A DNA stretch of 64,000 nt, taken from positions 2,693,671 to 2,757,670 of the forward strand of contig NW_003314275.1 in NCBI RefSeq assembly GCF_000143415.4. Direction: 5' to 3'. Positions within the stretch are counted from its first letter, which is position 1, and every line of letters starts with the position of its first letter. The position numbers were made by a program, and so were the translations under genes. Below, piece by piece: positions 1 to 12,742 of this stretch. The stretch is from Selaginella moellendorffii. Lineage: Eukaryota; Plantae; Lycopodiophyta. The notes beneath the pieces were generated by a model. It searched no databases. It was not told the DNA's origin and saw only the letters and a list, made by a program, of their open reading frames with translations.

Positions 1-3000
1 TTTAGGGTTTTTCAACTGCTTGTTAAAAAAGGGTGTGCCACAAACTAAGAAGAAAGATTAAGCTTGCTCACATTTGATGAAATCTAAGGGTTCAAACACT
101 ATTCATGAATCAAAGCTCAAGGTATGTTGGGCTTTCTTCTTAAAATTTCTGGAACTTACAGATGATTGTCATGAATCCAAAGATGTTTTGGCATGGAAGT
201 GTTATCTTAAATGTGGTTGATGCCATGACCATGACACCCAAGAAGGAGTTGACATATAGGAAGAAGAAGAGTTTTGGGGAGATTTAAACTTTACCTCCAT
301 TTCAAACTTTTTGTTGTCTGATTACATGATAAGTTATGGAGGATCCTGTGGAGATAACCAAGTGGAGCTGGACTCGCTAGAAGTGAAGCTAAAGTTTAGT
401 GGAGAGTTCTATAAGAGACTTTGAGGTTACCAAGTGGATACAATGAATCTTAGATACAGCTATGCAGCAAGCTTATAGACAATATATTGTATAAACAAAA
501 AAAAAACAATGTTGGGACCAACACTCACAACCTAGTTCACAGCTGTTGGCCCAACACCCTGTTTATTTGCCATATCATTTACATGCATTCTTTGTGGTGC
601 CTTTTTCACTTAACAAATGACAAATGCAGTTTAGTCAACACTTTGATGTGATATATGTCATAACACCTTCTTTCACCCCAGGCAATTGGCCACATCCCAT
701 TGGTTAAGAGCAAACATTAGTGCAATTATTTATTAAGATGTGGTTAAAGAAATAACCCTTTTATAGTTACCCCCATCGGATGGCTACTATTGGCTGATCC
801 AACAGCCCAGAAAGTTTGGCAACTCCTTATTATTATAGATTCTTCATGGTTGACCAATTAAATTGTATAAACACTAATATTATTTGGTATTTTGGTTTGC
901 TAGTAAACATATTTAACTACATAATTGTATAGCTAAAAGTATTTTAAAATGAGTAACTTTTTTTTCATATAAAATTTCAAAATTGGAAATGTCACCTTCA
1001 CATTCTTTCAAAGTTTAAGTGCCTCTTATAGTCCTTGAACAAACAAATAGAGATATTGGGCACATTTGATTAATTCAAAGAAACTAATCATTAAAAGTGT
1101 ACTAGGTGATTTACAAATTTGCCAATAGAGAGAGCCAAGTCAACAAAAGGAGTCATTAAGAATAAATTTTTATAATACTCTGGTACACTAAAGAATATTT
1201 TGTTAATGTTTTAGTGGCAATATTTTTATTAAAGAGGCATTTTAAACAAACTAGTAATTTAAATATTATTTAAATCTGAGTGGCAATATTTCCTAATTAA
1301 TAGAGGTTTTGCCTTATCACCTAATTTACAGAAGAAATTATTATTTTGATATTTAATAATTAGTATTATTAAATGTTTAACTATTATTATAAGATCTGTT
1401 TGAGTGTAACTTTAAGAAATGCCCTTTGTTATTTTGTGTATAACTTATAAATAATAATTTATTAATAAATATATCAAATTTAGAAAGAATATCAATATCT
1501 AATTCTTCCTCAATGTTATGAACCCCTTGTATTAAGATATTGTAGTGAATTCAAATTTTAACATTTAAATCCATCCCAAAAAGCATAAAATATATAAAAT
1601 ACATATGTTTGTAAGGGATTAAAGACTCACCAAAAATATAACATTGCAAAAAGTATACAGAAGTACAACTTGGGAATCAATTTGTTGTTGTGAGCACCAA
1701 GTGTATAGTTATGATGCCGTATATTAATATTAGCGTAATTAGATTTTGGTAACTGTTAGATTAGTTTCATCCAGACCATATATAAATTAGGGTTTTTGGA
1801 CTAATTGATATGCACATTTTCTGTATTCCCTTTCTATATTCTATACACTCACATTGTGATATTATAAATATTTTTATTTACAGTATCAATTCCATAAATG
1901 AGAATTATATACTTGTAATGATGGTATTGCTGTTTGATGTTAAGACTTTTAACTTCCATCTTCATTTATAATACCTTTAAGTATGTTCTCTTTGCTTCCT
2001 TTCACTATGTATTTGTAATCCATACATTCATTAATTCTTGTTTTTAAAACTTGAGAAAAGTGTGAAGGTTGAGATTGTGGTTGTAGCATATGTGGTTTTT
2101 ACCTTTTACCTTATGGTGGTTTATTATAGAATAATCATAGAGCAGAATATTAACCATTCACATGTTACATACCATATGTCTAAAGGTAGTGAAATGGAAC
2201 TTGAGTTTTGGCACATTAGGCCACTGAACTAAAGGATAAAGCTAAACTCCCAAGCGTGTAATTAAGGAGCAAAAAAACTAAAGCACAGAGCAACTCTTGA
2301 ACATTCAACTTAAAAAATAAAAAAGACATGAGCACAAAACGACATAAAAACAATGGAAGACAATGAAATTTCACTTGGAACTATGGAGGAAACTAACAAA
2401 TAGAGAGTTTGAAATGGAAGACACCAAAGAGCTTGATAAAAACATAAGTGATATTTTGCAAGAGAAGCCAAAGACTAGTAACAAGATAATTATAAAAGTA
2501 CTATCAACATTTAATTGTAGTTTATAGTGGTGCTTGTCACTTGGTGTTCCTCTTTTTAAATGGTAACTCCACATTTTATTTCTATTGTAGTGTTTGATGC
2601 TCGGCATCAGAGATAAAGTTTGTGAGTGAATTCAAGGGTTTAGGTTTCTATTTAATTGGCTTTAGATTTTGCTCCCTTTCAATTGAGGAGTCTTTCCAAA
2701 AACTGTCACATTGCTATAAGAACAATGATTGGTGTAGCAAGTACTTTGGAGTTCCTTCTCTTTTCTATCTGTAAACTTCTTTTTATTTGTTTCTATCAAT
2801 AGATGTTGCTCTTGGTGTCTTGTGTAAGTTATCAAGTAATGAATGCAGGTTAAAGTCTCTCAAAAGGCATAGAAAATTGTGCACAAGAACGAACACTTCT
2901 ACACTGGTGTCGTGAATGTGACTTCGGGTATCGAAAGTTACCTGTCAACTAGTCCTTACGGACAATCTTACCTTACTACCACGATGGCAGGAGGTTGGCA

Positions 3001-3582
3001 TTGCTGGACCCTTTATCAGCCCCTCTTGTTCAAGTGTTAGTAAACTAGACTTTGCATCTGTACTTGGCCGGATGAGCATAAGGACGGAATTCCTATGTGT
3101 CTATTTAGCCAAGCATACTTGACCTGGCTTTTTAATTCTCTTTTGCTCTGTCTTGCACTGACTTGACAAGAACTCTTGCGTATTGAGATTGGTCCCTCAA
3201 TATCGCTACATGATAGCTTACTGTGTCTGCCAAACACCCTTGCTATTATGCTCTTTGTGTTAGTCTCATTTCGGTCCCAAATGCTATTTATGGAAAGTGT
3301 CCAAATTTGCTCATTTGGCATATCTATAGAATCTAGAGATCGGTCTGAACATAATGGTGTTCATTCCGTGTCCAAATTCGCAATCTAAGGACATTCCATA
3401 TTTAGTAAGTTTCGAGCTTGTCCCAGAGACTAACTCCTGATACTAAGGGAGGCTTGGGGTGAAAGCCCAAAGCATGTGTTCCTCAAGAGGGGGGTTATGG
3501 GGGGTTCCAAATGTATAGTAGGGATAGTGGGTATGTCGGGCATGGCCGACCAACCTGAGGCATAGTCTAACTCCCGCTTGCA

Positions 3583-4020
3583 TGCCTGTCCTTGTTTTGC
3601 GTCTGGCTTGGGTCTAAGCCCAAGTTTCATTCCATGCTAGCTGATGAAATACCCATATCCTTGCGTTAGGCCATCGGTATGCCAAAATAGCACTAGACTC
3701 TGTTTGGCTCTGTTTTGCATACTAGTCCTGGCATTGGGATGTTAGTTGCTCTAGGACTGTTCTAAGTCGCTCCAGGCTCCTATCCCTTCGCTCCTTGGGC
3801 TTGCCTGTCCTTGTTCTGCGTCTGGCTTGGGTCTAAGCCCAAGTTTCATTCCATGCTAGCTGGTGGAATACCCATATCCTTGCGTTAGGCCACCGGTATG
3901 CCAAAATAGCACTAGACTCTGTTTGGCTCTGTTTTGCATGCTAGTCCTGGCATTGGGATGCTGGTTGCTCTAGGACTGTTCTAAGTCGCTCCAGGCTCCT
4001 ATCCCTTCGTTCCTTAGGCT
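3583..4020. repeat. Direct tandem duplication, 2 x 219 bp
   Basis: tgcctgtccttgtt..gcgtctggcttgggtctaagccc starts at 3583 and again at 3802; the copies are near-identical through ctcctatcccttcg. Confidence 0.9.
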
Positions 4021-4238
4021 TTATACTCGGGAGTTGCTCCGTGGTTCGGTTCTATCACTCCTTGACTCCATGCTTGGGAGTTTGGCACCGTTCCTTCGTT
4101 CGGTGGCCCCAGGCCCTAAACCTCAGGTTCCTATGGACACATGGCATGGACACACGTGGCACAAAAAGGGTTTAGGTTCCGCTTCGTGGTGTTATCCTAT
4201 AGTAAATCACCATAGGATAAAGGGTCAAACCACGTGCA

Positions 4239-5305
4239 TGTAAGTTCCTAAATTTGGACTTCCAAGGACGCTTAACTTCAACTATCCCAAGACCCTTAAC
4301 CGATTGGAAAAGGGGATGCACTCTTGTTCATGGGCCCTTTCCCTCTATATTTGAACCCTAATAGATCGTCTTTCAAGTCGTTCCCTTTGGTTGCTTACAA
4401 TCCACCACGCTTTCCTGCAAGTTCACGCCCTCATGAATGGAAGCTAAAAGCCGCAGCTCTCCCGAGAGCCCCGCTCTCTTGACACCCTACCCTTCGGGTG
4501 GTGTGATTCCCTTAGCCAACCAGTAGAGTTAGTCCCAAACCCAAGGATGCTTAACTTCAACTATACCAAGACCCTTAACCAATTGGAAAAGGGGATGCAT
4601 TCTTGTTCATGGGCCCTTTCCTTCTATATTTGAACCCCAACAAATTGTCTTTCAAGTCGTTCCCTTTGGTTGCTTACAATCCACCACGCTTTCCTGCAAG
4701 TTCATGCCCTCATGAACAGAAGCTAAAAGCCGCAGCTCTCCCGAGAGCCCTGCTCTCTTGACACCCTACCCTTCGGGTGGTGTGATTCCCTTAGCCAACC
4801 AACAGAGTTGGTCCCAAACCCAAGGACGCTTAACTTTAACTATCCCAAGACCCTTAACCGATTGGAAAAGGGGATGCACTCTTGTTCATGGGCCCTTTCC
4901 CTCTATATTTGAACCCCAACAGATCGTCTTTCAAGTCGTTCCCTTTGGTTGCTTACAATCCACCACGCTTTCCTGCAAGTTCACGCCCTCATGAACAGAA
5001 GCTAAAAGCCGCAGCTCTCCCGAGAGCCCCGCTCTCTTGACACCCTACCCTTCAGGTGGTGTGATTCCCTTAGCCAACCAACAGAGTTGGTCCCGAGACC
5101 CCTCTAATACCAAATGTAAGCTCCTGAATTTAGACTTCTCGGGAGGTCAGCCCAGTACTATTCAAACCCAAGGACGCTTAACTTCAACTATCCCAAGACC
5201 CTTAACCAATTGAAAAAGGGGGTGCACTTTTGTTCATGGGCCCTTTCCCTCTATATTTCAATCCCAACGGATCGTCTTTCGAGTCATTCCCTTTAGTTGC
5301 TTACA
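4239..5305 (-). mobile_element. Cassandra-like TRIM (non-autonomous LTR retrotransposon), tandem array with 279-bp periodicity
   Basis: LTRs bounded by TGTAAG...CTTACA (5115-5305 complete; 4239-4399 internally deleted). PBS TGGTATTAGAG on the minus strand (5102-5112) is complementary to the tRNA-iMet 3' end. Purine-rich GGAAAGCGTGGTGGAT precedes each downstream LTR. Internal region is 157 bp and non-coding. ccaagga-gcttaactt recurs at 4262, 4541, 4820 and 5168. The LTR contains a 5S rRNA-like segment. Confidence 0.85.
5133..5185 (-). ncRNA. 5S rRNA-derived Pol III internal promoter segment (A-box/IE/C-box) inside the Cassandra LTR
   Basis: Minus strand reads gaagttaagcgtccttgggtttgaatagtactgggctgacctcccgagaagtc versus plant 5S GCAGTTAAGCGTGCTTGGGCGAGAGTAGTACTAGGATGGGTGACCTCCTGGGAAGTC. 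Confidence 0.8.
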
Positions 5306-6666
5306 GTATGCTACAACTGATTAAGTTTTTTTGGTTTGAAAGTGAGTTAATAAATGGTTCTATTTCTCTCACTTTTCTTCTTTTGTGGCCTTCTCTCCAC
5401 CATCGTGCATGACATTCCTTTTGTAGCCTTCTATATAGTTAACACTTTAACCTTCTCTTTGCTTTTGATGATTGTTCTTTCTTTTGTTTTTGTTCTGCTA
5501 ATACTTCTTTGGCTCATCATTCTCTATGAAGCCTTCATGAAGATAGCCTTGAAAGTTGTCAATGGTGCTTATAGAACTTTTGTTCAATGGAGTGGCCAAA
5601 GGTGAGAGCTCCATGCAGAAAATTGCCTCTTTTACTCTTTCTTCTTGGCTGTGTTCCTGATGACCACTTTTGACATTGGAAAGGTATGCTACTGAACTTT
5701 ATTTACCAGATCTTTATTTTTCCAGTGATTGCTTATGCAATCTAAGGTACACTGACTGGCTTGATGCTATCAATAAGATAAAAGAAAGAAGGAATTGGGG
5801 GACTTGTTGCTAACAGTAATTTCTAGATCAAGGCAGATCAGCAGATATCATTTTTCTATTCTTAGCTCAATTTTTTGCGACAGATATTTATGGAGATCAA
5901 CTCAGAAATTATTATTATTAACAGGACTTTCGGCAAGAGGACTCGCAAGCAAGGACAGTGGTCCTATGCAACAGTTCCATCCAAGTATAGGTGTAGATGA
6001 GATCTCCAGATTGTATTGTGATTCAAGCTCTTTGTCTTTTTTTTCTAGGAAAAGAGCTTGAAACAGAGTTGCATCCTAGTGAATCCTCTGGAAAATGGTA
6101 TAAGTTACTCTGAAGACAGTGTTTTACATTTATGTAGCCTTTTCAACTGTCAGTTTTGATTTTGTTTCGGATGATGCAAACTTCAAGACGAAACACTGGT
6201 TTGTTGACTCACAATGTTCCATGTTGGGGATATGTGCTACATTCTCTAATGACACTCTTTTTGTCACCTTTTCGATATTAATCCTTGTAGGTTAATCTTT
6301 GTTTTGCATATAGTTTGTCAGATTTGCTATCTTTGCATGCAATTCTAGCCGTGGCCGTAACTTATGGATATGGTTGCTTCGGCTCTACCCTTCCTTGTGC
6401 CAAGTTATGGCGTGCCATTTTGGAGAAGTCATAAACTTTCCACAAAATTCCTTTGATAAGGGTTCTCTATTATATAGTACAACCTTTAGAATCCACTGTG
6501 AGAATATACGGGCAAATGGTAGGAACTTTACGCCGATCGCAGCTAGGCACGAATGCTCCGGAGGGACATAGCGAGCACCCTGAAACAAACCAATGAGAAT
6601 CCTATTGTCCCCAACGCGAAAGCAAAGGGTAGAATACCTTCCTATTGTAGATCGCCAGAAGATTCT

Positions 6667-8061
6667 TTACACCAGAAGTAAGAGGATTACCAAAAAGCCT
6701 GTGAGCGCAAGGCGGACGAGGATTCGTATCTTAGCTACAACCACAAGCATTGCCACCAACGCCACCGTGAGAGAGTAAATCTGGCCCCTGTTTATGCGAG
6801 CCACTTCCTTCCTACATAGTCTGCAAAAGGAAAGCAAGTAAAAAGGGCCATGAGAAAATGGCTTAGCTTGAGAGACCTCAGTTCCTTCATGGATTTAGAA
6901 AACACGTCGTCCGCAAGACGATGCTGCAAAGAAAAACCAAATTAAGGAAAGGAAATCTAAGAAAAGGTCTGCTTACTTGCTTCTGCACAGTGTCGTTCAG
7001 ACTCTTAAGCTGCCTCATTATGTTTGTCAGCTCCTCTTGGTACTCATTGACAGCAGCAGTGTTCTGGGAGTTGGAAAACTCCACGTACTCCTCAAAAGTC
7101 TTCTGGTCACTTTCCAGTTGTAGTATCTGTTCGATGAGGAACTTGTTCACAGACGTAGTGGAACCACTAGTGGAATCCCCCGGGGAACTGCCAATCAAAT
7201 CTTCAAGCATGCGCCCAAGCGCGACTCCAAAAACCTCGAAGGTGCTAAGCGTGCAGTAAAACTCCGTCCCATAGTGTGAGAGGATCCTCAGCTGGAGATA
7301 TCTCGCCCACTCTGGCTTCGACAGAATAAACCTCTGAGGTTGCCCAACGTTCCTCGCCTCGAACTTTCCCAAGAGCCTCCATCCAGATGTAGGATAGCTC
7401 AGGCTTCCCAGCAGCTCCAGCTCCCTTGGATTGGACGAGTAGAGCTCGTAGTTGGCGATGACAAATGTTTCCACCAGAATTTCTTCAGCCAGCTCCACCA
7501 TGACGAACTTCTCCTTGGCGCTGCATGGGTTCCGAAAGTACTTATCGTTGCCCTTGACGAGAATGTTGCCAGCACCCTTGCCTTCCTTGTTTGCCCCTAA
7601 AACTTTAGCACCGAGTGAGGCTGCGGCATAGTTGTGTTCGTTGCCCCCAACTTGGCGGTCGCGCTTGTGCCTGTTATCGTCGTCTTGATTCTCACTTGCT
7701 GAGACGAGGATATGCGAATGGAGAGGATTGAGTTCCGGACTAGCGAGAGGAACACTTCGTTCTTCCGCTAGCGCTGTGGCACGGTCGGGATCGAAGGGAC
7801 TGACTTCTTCACCGTTGCTAGAACTCTGGAAATTTTCGCTCAGAGAAACAAGATGGAAGAAAGAAAAGGTACCTCAGCAGTGCGATTGCACGAAATATCG
7901 AGGAACTGCTCTTCCAAATCGAGAATCTGGTGATGCGCCTCCAAAATCTCGGGGATTGGAGCTTCATCGACCTCCGGAAGCTCGGAATGGAGCTCCATCC
8001 CGATCCCCAGTCCCGAGACGACCAAGAGAAGGAGCACCGCAAGACGTAGATTGCTCACCAT
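6667..8061 (-). CDS. Mid-SUN (Sad1/UNC-84, SUN3/4/5-SLP1 type) domain protein, paralog A, spliced
   Basis: Hydrophobic N-terminus MVSNLRLAVLLLLVVSGLGIG; intron ~7872-7828; motifs NYAAASLGAKVLGANKE, DKYFRNPC, ANYELYSSN, WARYLQLRILSHYGTEFYCTLSTFEVFG; short coiled coil; hydrophobic last exon ending TAA at 6667. Confidence 0.85.
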
Positions 8062-8258
8062 GCCGGGTCAAGATGCGCTGATCGATCGACGGAAGAACCT
8101 GATCGGCGTCTCTATAAACCCTAGCCCGCGCCAGAGGAAGAACACATCCCTGAAATACCTTAGAGGAGAGCATCGGTGCCTAGTCCATCGCCACCACACC
8201 GCTGGCAGGATTCGACCCTGGAAACCATTCCCCGCCAGATTTAAATTGCGAATATTCT

Positions 8259-8720
8259 TTAGCCGGTACTTTTCCCGTTCTGCGAGAGAATGGAGTGTGA
8301 CGAGATTCCACTCCGGCATACCTCGTGCACTCCGTTCTGCGAGAAAGTCACCAGCTTTGCCGTGTAGGAGATGAGATCCCACCCAGGCATAGAACCGAAG
8401 ACGCCCTTTTCATCGTCAAAATGCCCCTTCTGGGCAAATGCCGTAAGAAGGACGTTCCAAGACACAGCATTTCTCTGCGGCATCAGATCAAAGAGGCCTT
8501 CGTGCCTTCGATGCTTCCATTCTATCAGATCAAGACCCGCAAGCCATCAAAGACCACTCTATGCTGCTGCATCGGACGGGTGGATCGCTCGCGCATCCTG
8601 CAGCTGGATCGCCCATAGCCAGGCCATCATAGATCAATAGAGGAGCGAGGGACCTCGGCTGGAAAACGCACCAGATGAATGACCAAGCCTGGCATCACGA
8701 GCTCCACATATCAGACCATT
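8259..8720 (-). pseudogene. PPR (PLS-class) gene fragment
   Basis: MPQRNAVSWNVLLTAFAQKGH and MPGWDLIS motifs; frames interrupted. Confidence 0.7.
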
Positions 8721-8779
8721 GCTAAGCAGCTCATCCAAAAGCCCTACTCTCTCTCTCTCTCTCTCTCTCGTGCACTATC

Positions 8780-9235
8780 CGATACGGTGTTAGGGTTTTT
8801 ACTTTCATGATGCGGTGGTTCTGATCTTCGTAGTCTTGCTCTTCTGGTTCGTTTCAGCACAGGGGATGGGGATTGAGCTCCATTACGGGGATCCGGAGAC
8901 CAATCTAGCTGAAGCTCTCCGATGAGCTCCACGCTGGGGGATGAAATGCAGGTCGGAGATTTCCGCAGATGCAGAGCTGACTTTGCCGGATCTTGCGCCG
9001 AGGTAGGCTTCTATGCTCATGTTTTCTTGTTGTGTAGTCATTGAGCTACGGCCTGTGGATCTTGGCACAGCGGCGAGTGAAATCTCGCACAACGTCGTGG
9101 AGGACAAGTATGCCACAGCCTCGCTGGGCGCCAAAGTTATAGGAGCGAACAAGAAAGCCGAGGTGGTATCTACATTCTCGTCAAGGACAAGGATAAGCAC
9201 TTCCGCAGCCGAAGACAAGTTGGTGGTTGTGGAGT
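8780..9235 (+). pseudogene. Deleted, frameshifted copy of the 5' half of mid-SUN paralog B
   Basis: Collinear with 10168-10670 (gggattgagctccattacggggatccggagacc, gaggtaggcttc, YATASLGAKVIGANKKAE) but carries many small deletions; ends in PPR debris. Confidence 0.8.
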
Positions 9236-9259
9236 GTTCTTTGGCTGCTGCAATGCCAT

Positions 9260-9975
9260 AGAGCTCTCCGAGGCCGCACATAGCAAATCCACCATAGAGC
9301 AATAGCTTCATGGTTTTGGAGAGATCAAGGGCGTCCATACCGTAGCCGGGCATCTGGGTGTACAGGGTGTTCCACGTGACGGGATCTGGAGCGTGCATTT
9401 CCCGGAAGGTGGACTCGGATGTGCCCGTTCTGGGCATATGCCTGGAGCCTGACGCACCACATCGCTCCTGTTTGAAGAGATTCTTGGCAAATGCCCCGAC
9501 CATGCAGCTCCATGCTAGGATGGTCTTCTCCGGCATTGAGTTAGAGATTCTTCAAGATGCCCTGATTGGGCATATTCTTGGAGCAGGAAAGACTACAATA
9601 GCGTCCCATGCGGGCATCTGATAAGTTTCCAGCGTTTATACAGGCCTCTATTAGTGTGGTTCACGACACTTTTTATGAAATACTAAACGAGCTTTATCAA
9701 GAATGGGCATATGCTCTAATCAAAGCAGTCGCTCAAAATCTGGCATAGAATCAACTAAGCTGTTATCATTCGGTTTCTTCTCTGGGCTTCTTGGATATGC
9801 CCAGACTGGGAATATGCCTGGGTCAGAGAATTCGGCCACACCCGCTCTGGGCAATTGCTGTGAGAAGAACATTCCACGACACAACATTCCAGATCAAAGG
9901 GCCGCTTCGTGTCCTCGACATTCTGTATGGGCGATCCAGGCCAGCCTCCGATTTCTTGACTCGCTTCACGCAATT
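9260..9975 (-). pseudogene. PPR gene fragments
   Basis: MPEKTILAWSCMVGAFAKN, QAYAQNGH, WNVVSWNVLLTAIAQSG and QAYSQSGHIQEAQ appear in different frames. Confidence 0.7.
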
Positions 9976-10183
9976 CTCGCAGGGGAACTGGAGCTTGAGA
10001 TGCGCGGGACGATGTACAACGAGAAGAAAACAGAGAGCCAAGTTTGAATGCGTCGATTGCGACTAAGAAGAAATCGAGGCGTTTGATACTGGAATATTAG
10101 TGGTTTTTAAAATTTAGGGTTCGTGTCTTTTTCCCTCCATTTTGATGAAGCCCTAGCCCCGGCATTGTAGGGTTTCTTGTTCT

Positions 10184-11680
10184 ATGGCGGGCGATCGTCG
10201 TCTTCCGGTGGTTCTGATCTTCGAAATCTTGCTCTTCTGGTTCGTGTCGGGAGCCGGGATCGGGATTGAGCTCCATTACGGGGATCCGGAGACCCATGAA
10301 GCGCAGATTTTCGAAGCGCAGCTCTCCGATGAGCTCCAGGCTGGGGAGGAGCGCGATGAAATGCAGGTCGGAGATTTCCGCGGATTCAGAGCTGATTTTG
10401 CCGGATCTTGCGCCGAGGTAGGCTTCTGCGCTCATGTTTTCTTATTCTTAAGTCATTGAGTTGCGAAACTTTCCAGCCTGGGGATCTTGGCACAGCGGCG
10501 AGTGAAACCTCGGACATCCTCGTGGAGGAAAACTATGCCGCAGCCTCGCTGGGCGCCAAAGTCATAGGAGCGAACAAGGAAGCCGAGGGTGGTGGCTACG
10601 TTCTCAACAAGGACAAGGATAAGCACTTCCGCAGCCCATGCAGTGCCGAAGAAAAGTTCGTGGTTGTGGAGCTCTCCGAGGAGACTCTGGTGGTCACCAT
10701 CGCCATCGCCAACTACGAGCTCCTCTCGTCCAATCCAAGGGAACTGGAGCTCCTGGGAAGTTTGGAGTACCCAACCGAGGAGTGGAAACTCTTGGGGAGG
10801 TTCGAGGCGAAGGATGTGAGGATCCCGCAGAGGTTTACGCTGTCAGTACCGGAGTGGGCGAGGTATCTCAAGCTGAGATACTTGTCACACTATGGGACGG
10901 AGTTTTACTGCACGCTTAGCACCTTCGAGGTGTTTGGAGATGGCGTTGAGCGCATGATCGAAGGCTGGATGGGCAAGAGACCCATTCTCAACATCAGCTC
11001 GTCCAGTGAAGAGAATCAGTCCCAGGCACCATTCCAGAAGGTCTTCCCCAGAGTCCCTCAAGGTGAGAAAGGATTCTCGCAGGTTGTTTTGGTTGGAAAG
11101 GTCAGAGAGCTGGCGATGAAGCGGAAGATACTGTTGGATTACATTGACTACGTGAGGATGGTGCTCTTAGAGAACTCTCATCGAGAGATGCCGAAAGTGG
11201 TCTCGCGACTCGAGAGTGTGAAGATCGAGGTAAAACTTTTTATTTCTCTTAGTCATTTGCTTCTTTTTCCGTCTTTCTAGGTTCAGGCTGCAAGAGTGTT
11301 AGTGGACAACATCACGGTGCTTCAATTTCCGATCAAGTACAGCCATTCATTTTCTTTTACTCTATTAAAAAAAAATTATTTGCAGGCGTTGCGTGAAACA
11401 AATCAGAAACATTAGCGATCGGCGTTACTTTGTGGTCACCATGGCGTTCTTAGTAACAGTTTACCTCTTCCTCTCTAGCATGGCTATCCGTCAAGCAATA
11501 AAGCTCATGTAAGTATTGTCAAGCTTGGATACCCTGGACCTTTCTCTAACAGGATTCATTCCTGTTTAGGTGGCGGAGAATTTTCGGAAGCACTCGCTAT
11601 GAACACTTGCTACGGGTAAGTATGAGGCAGAAGAATCTTTACTGAGACAAACTTTTCTACTCGTTCTCCAGATCCCCTGA
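10184..11680 (+). CDS. Mid-SUN domain protein, paralog B, spliced (possible frameshift near 11390)
   Basis: N-terminal hydrophobic segment; intron ~10418-10476; NYAAASLGAKVIGANKEA..DKDKHFRSPC..ANYELLSSN..YLSHYGTEFYCTLSTFEVFG. The TM-encoding exon (YFVVTMAFLVTVYLFL) at 11386-11508 lies in a different frame from the simple GT-AG join. Confidence 0.75.
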
Positions 11681-12742
11681 TTTTCTCTCCGGATTCCAAC
11701 CCTCTTGAGCGCTTGCCCCGCGATCACTTGCGGGCATCTCCTTCATCTCGTCCACCACCTCCAATTCCAGAGGGCGGCGAGGACATCATATGCCTGCCGA
11801 TAATCCAAAACCATAAGACGCTCTGGAATTTGCTTGGACGCTTACCAAAAGAATCGCCTTTGGAAAGCTCTCTTTCTCGCTGGAAACTCTTGCCGAGTGT
11901 TACATAATCTTTGGTGAGAAACAATCTCTTCAAAAAAATTCCCAAAAATTAATGCAAGTGTTAGATGAAAGTAGGCATCCTGAAAGTGACGGAAATCGAG
12001 TCTCCTTTACCCGGATCAGCTCCTGGTTACATATCCGCTTCTTCGGGACGATCATGGCTTCTTCCCGCAAGTGTGAGTGTAGAAGTGTCGCAGTAGCGAT
12101 TCTTCCAGGCTCTCGTCTATAACAAGCAACACTGGAGGGGTGTCACTTTCGAGTCCGCCACTGGATCGTGATCATGAAGTCCTCGACGAGCTCACGAGCT
12201 CTGGCCAGTTATGCAAATCGTTGGTGTTGGCAGGGCCTGTCTTCTCCATTGCTGCTGTTGATCTTCTGGCAAAGCATGCATTGCGACTAGAGTCGGGTAC
12301 TCTCTTCCTGGTGATAGCAGCGCTCCAAAAGCCAAGGTTGTTGCCTCAGGAGCTTCTTCTCGCTCAAGATAAACTTAAGAAGAGTAGAACAAACTTTACA
12401 TACCACTCGAGATGTAAACATGAGTCAGCTTCATGGAGCCTGCTCGATCCAATGGTGCTTCTCGCTAGCCGTAGGCTAGCGATCATGAAAACCCTATGTG
12501 CGATCACTGGATTTGATGAAATGTGTATGTACTATTCCCCAATGCCCCTTAGGGGCTAAAACAACAGCAAGAGTGCATTCTCAGAGAGACTAACAAGACT
12601 ACGAGCATGGACGCCCGGCGTTGCCCGTGGGCCGTCCACCTCCCAGGTGACTCGATTCGAACCCAGAAGGTGTCCTAAGAGATTTTAGGGTTCTTCCTAC
12701 TTCAAACATCCGGCGGGAAGACATCAGGCCGAGCTAGGGTTG

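Noticed and set aside
1-3580. AT-rich stretch and short ORFs; possible PPT/LTR start near 3485
   Set aside because: Probably decayed TE sequence, but I could not identify termini, a partner LTR or protein motifs.
5133-5185. Possible 5S rRNA gene array
   Set aside because: Only the central ~50 nt match, embedded in LTRs; the 5' and 3' stems and the T-run terminator are missing.
8747-8769. (CT)n microsatellites here and at ~39774 and ~46412
   Set aside because: Ordinary promoter, UTR or intron GA/CT repeats.
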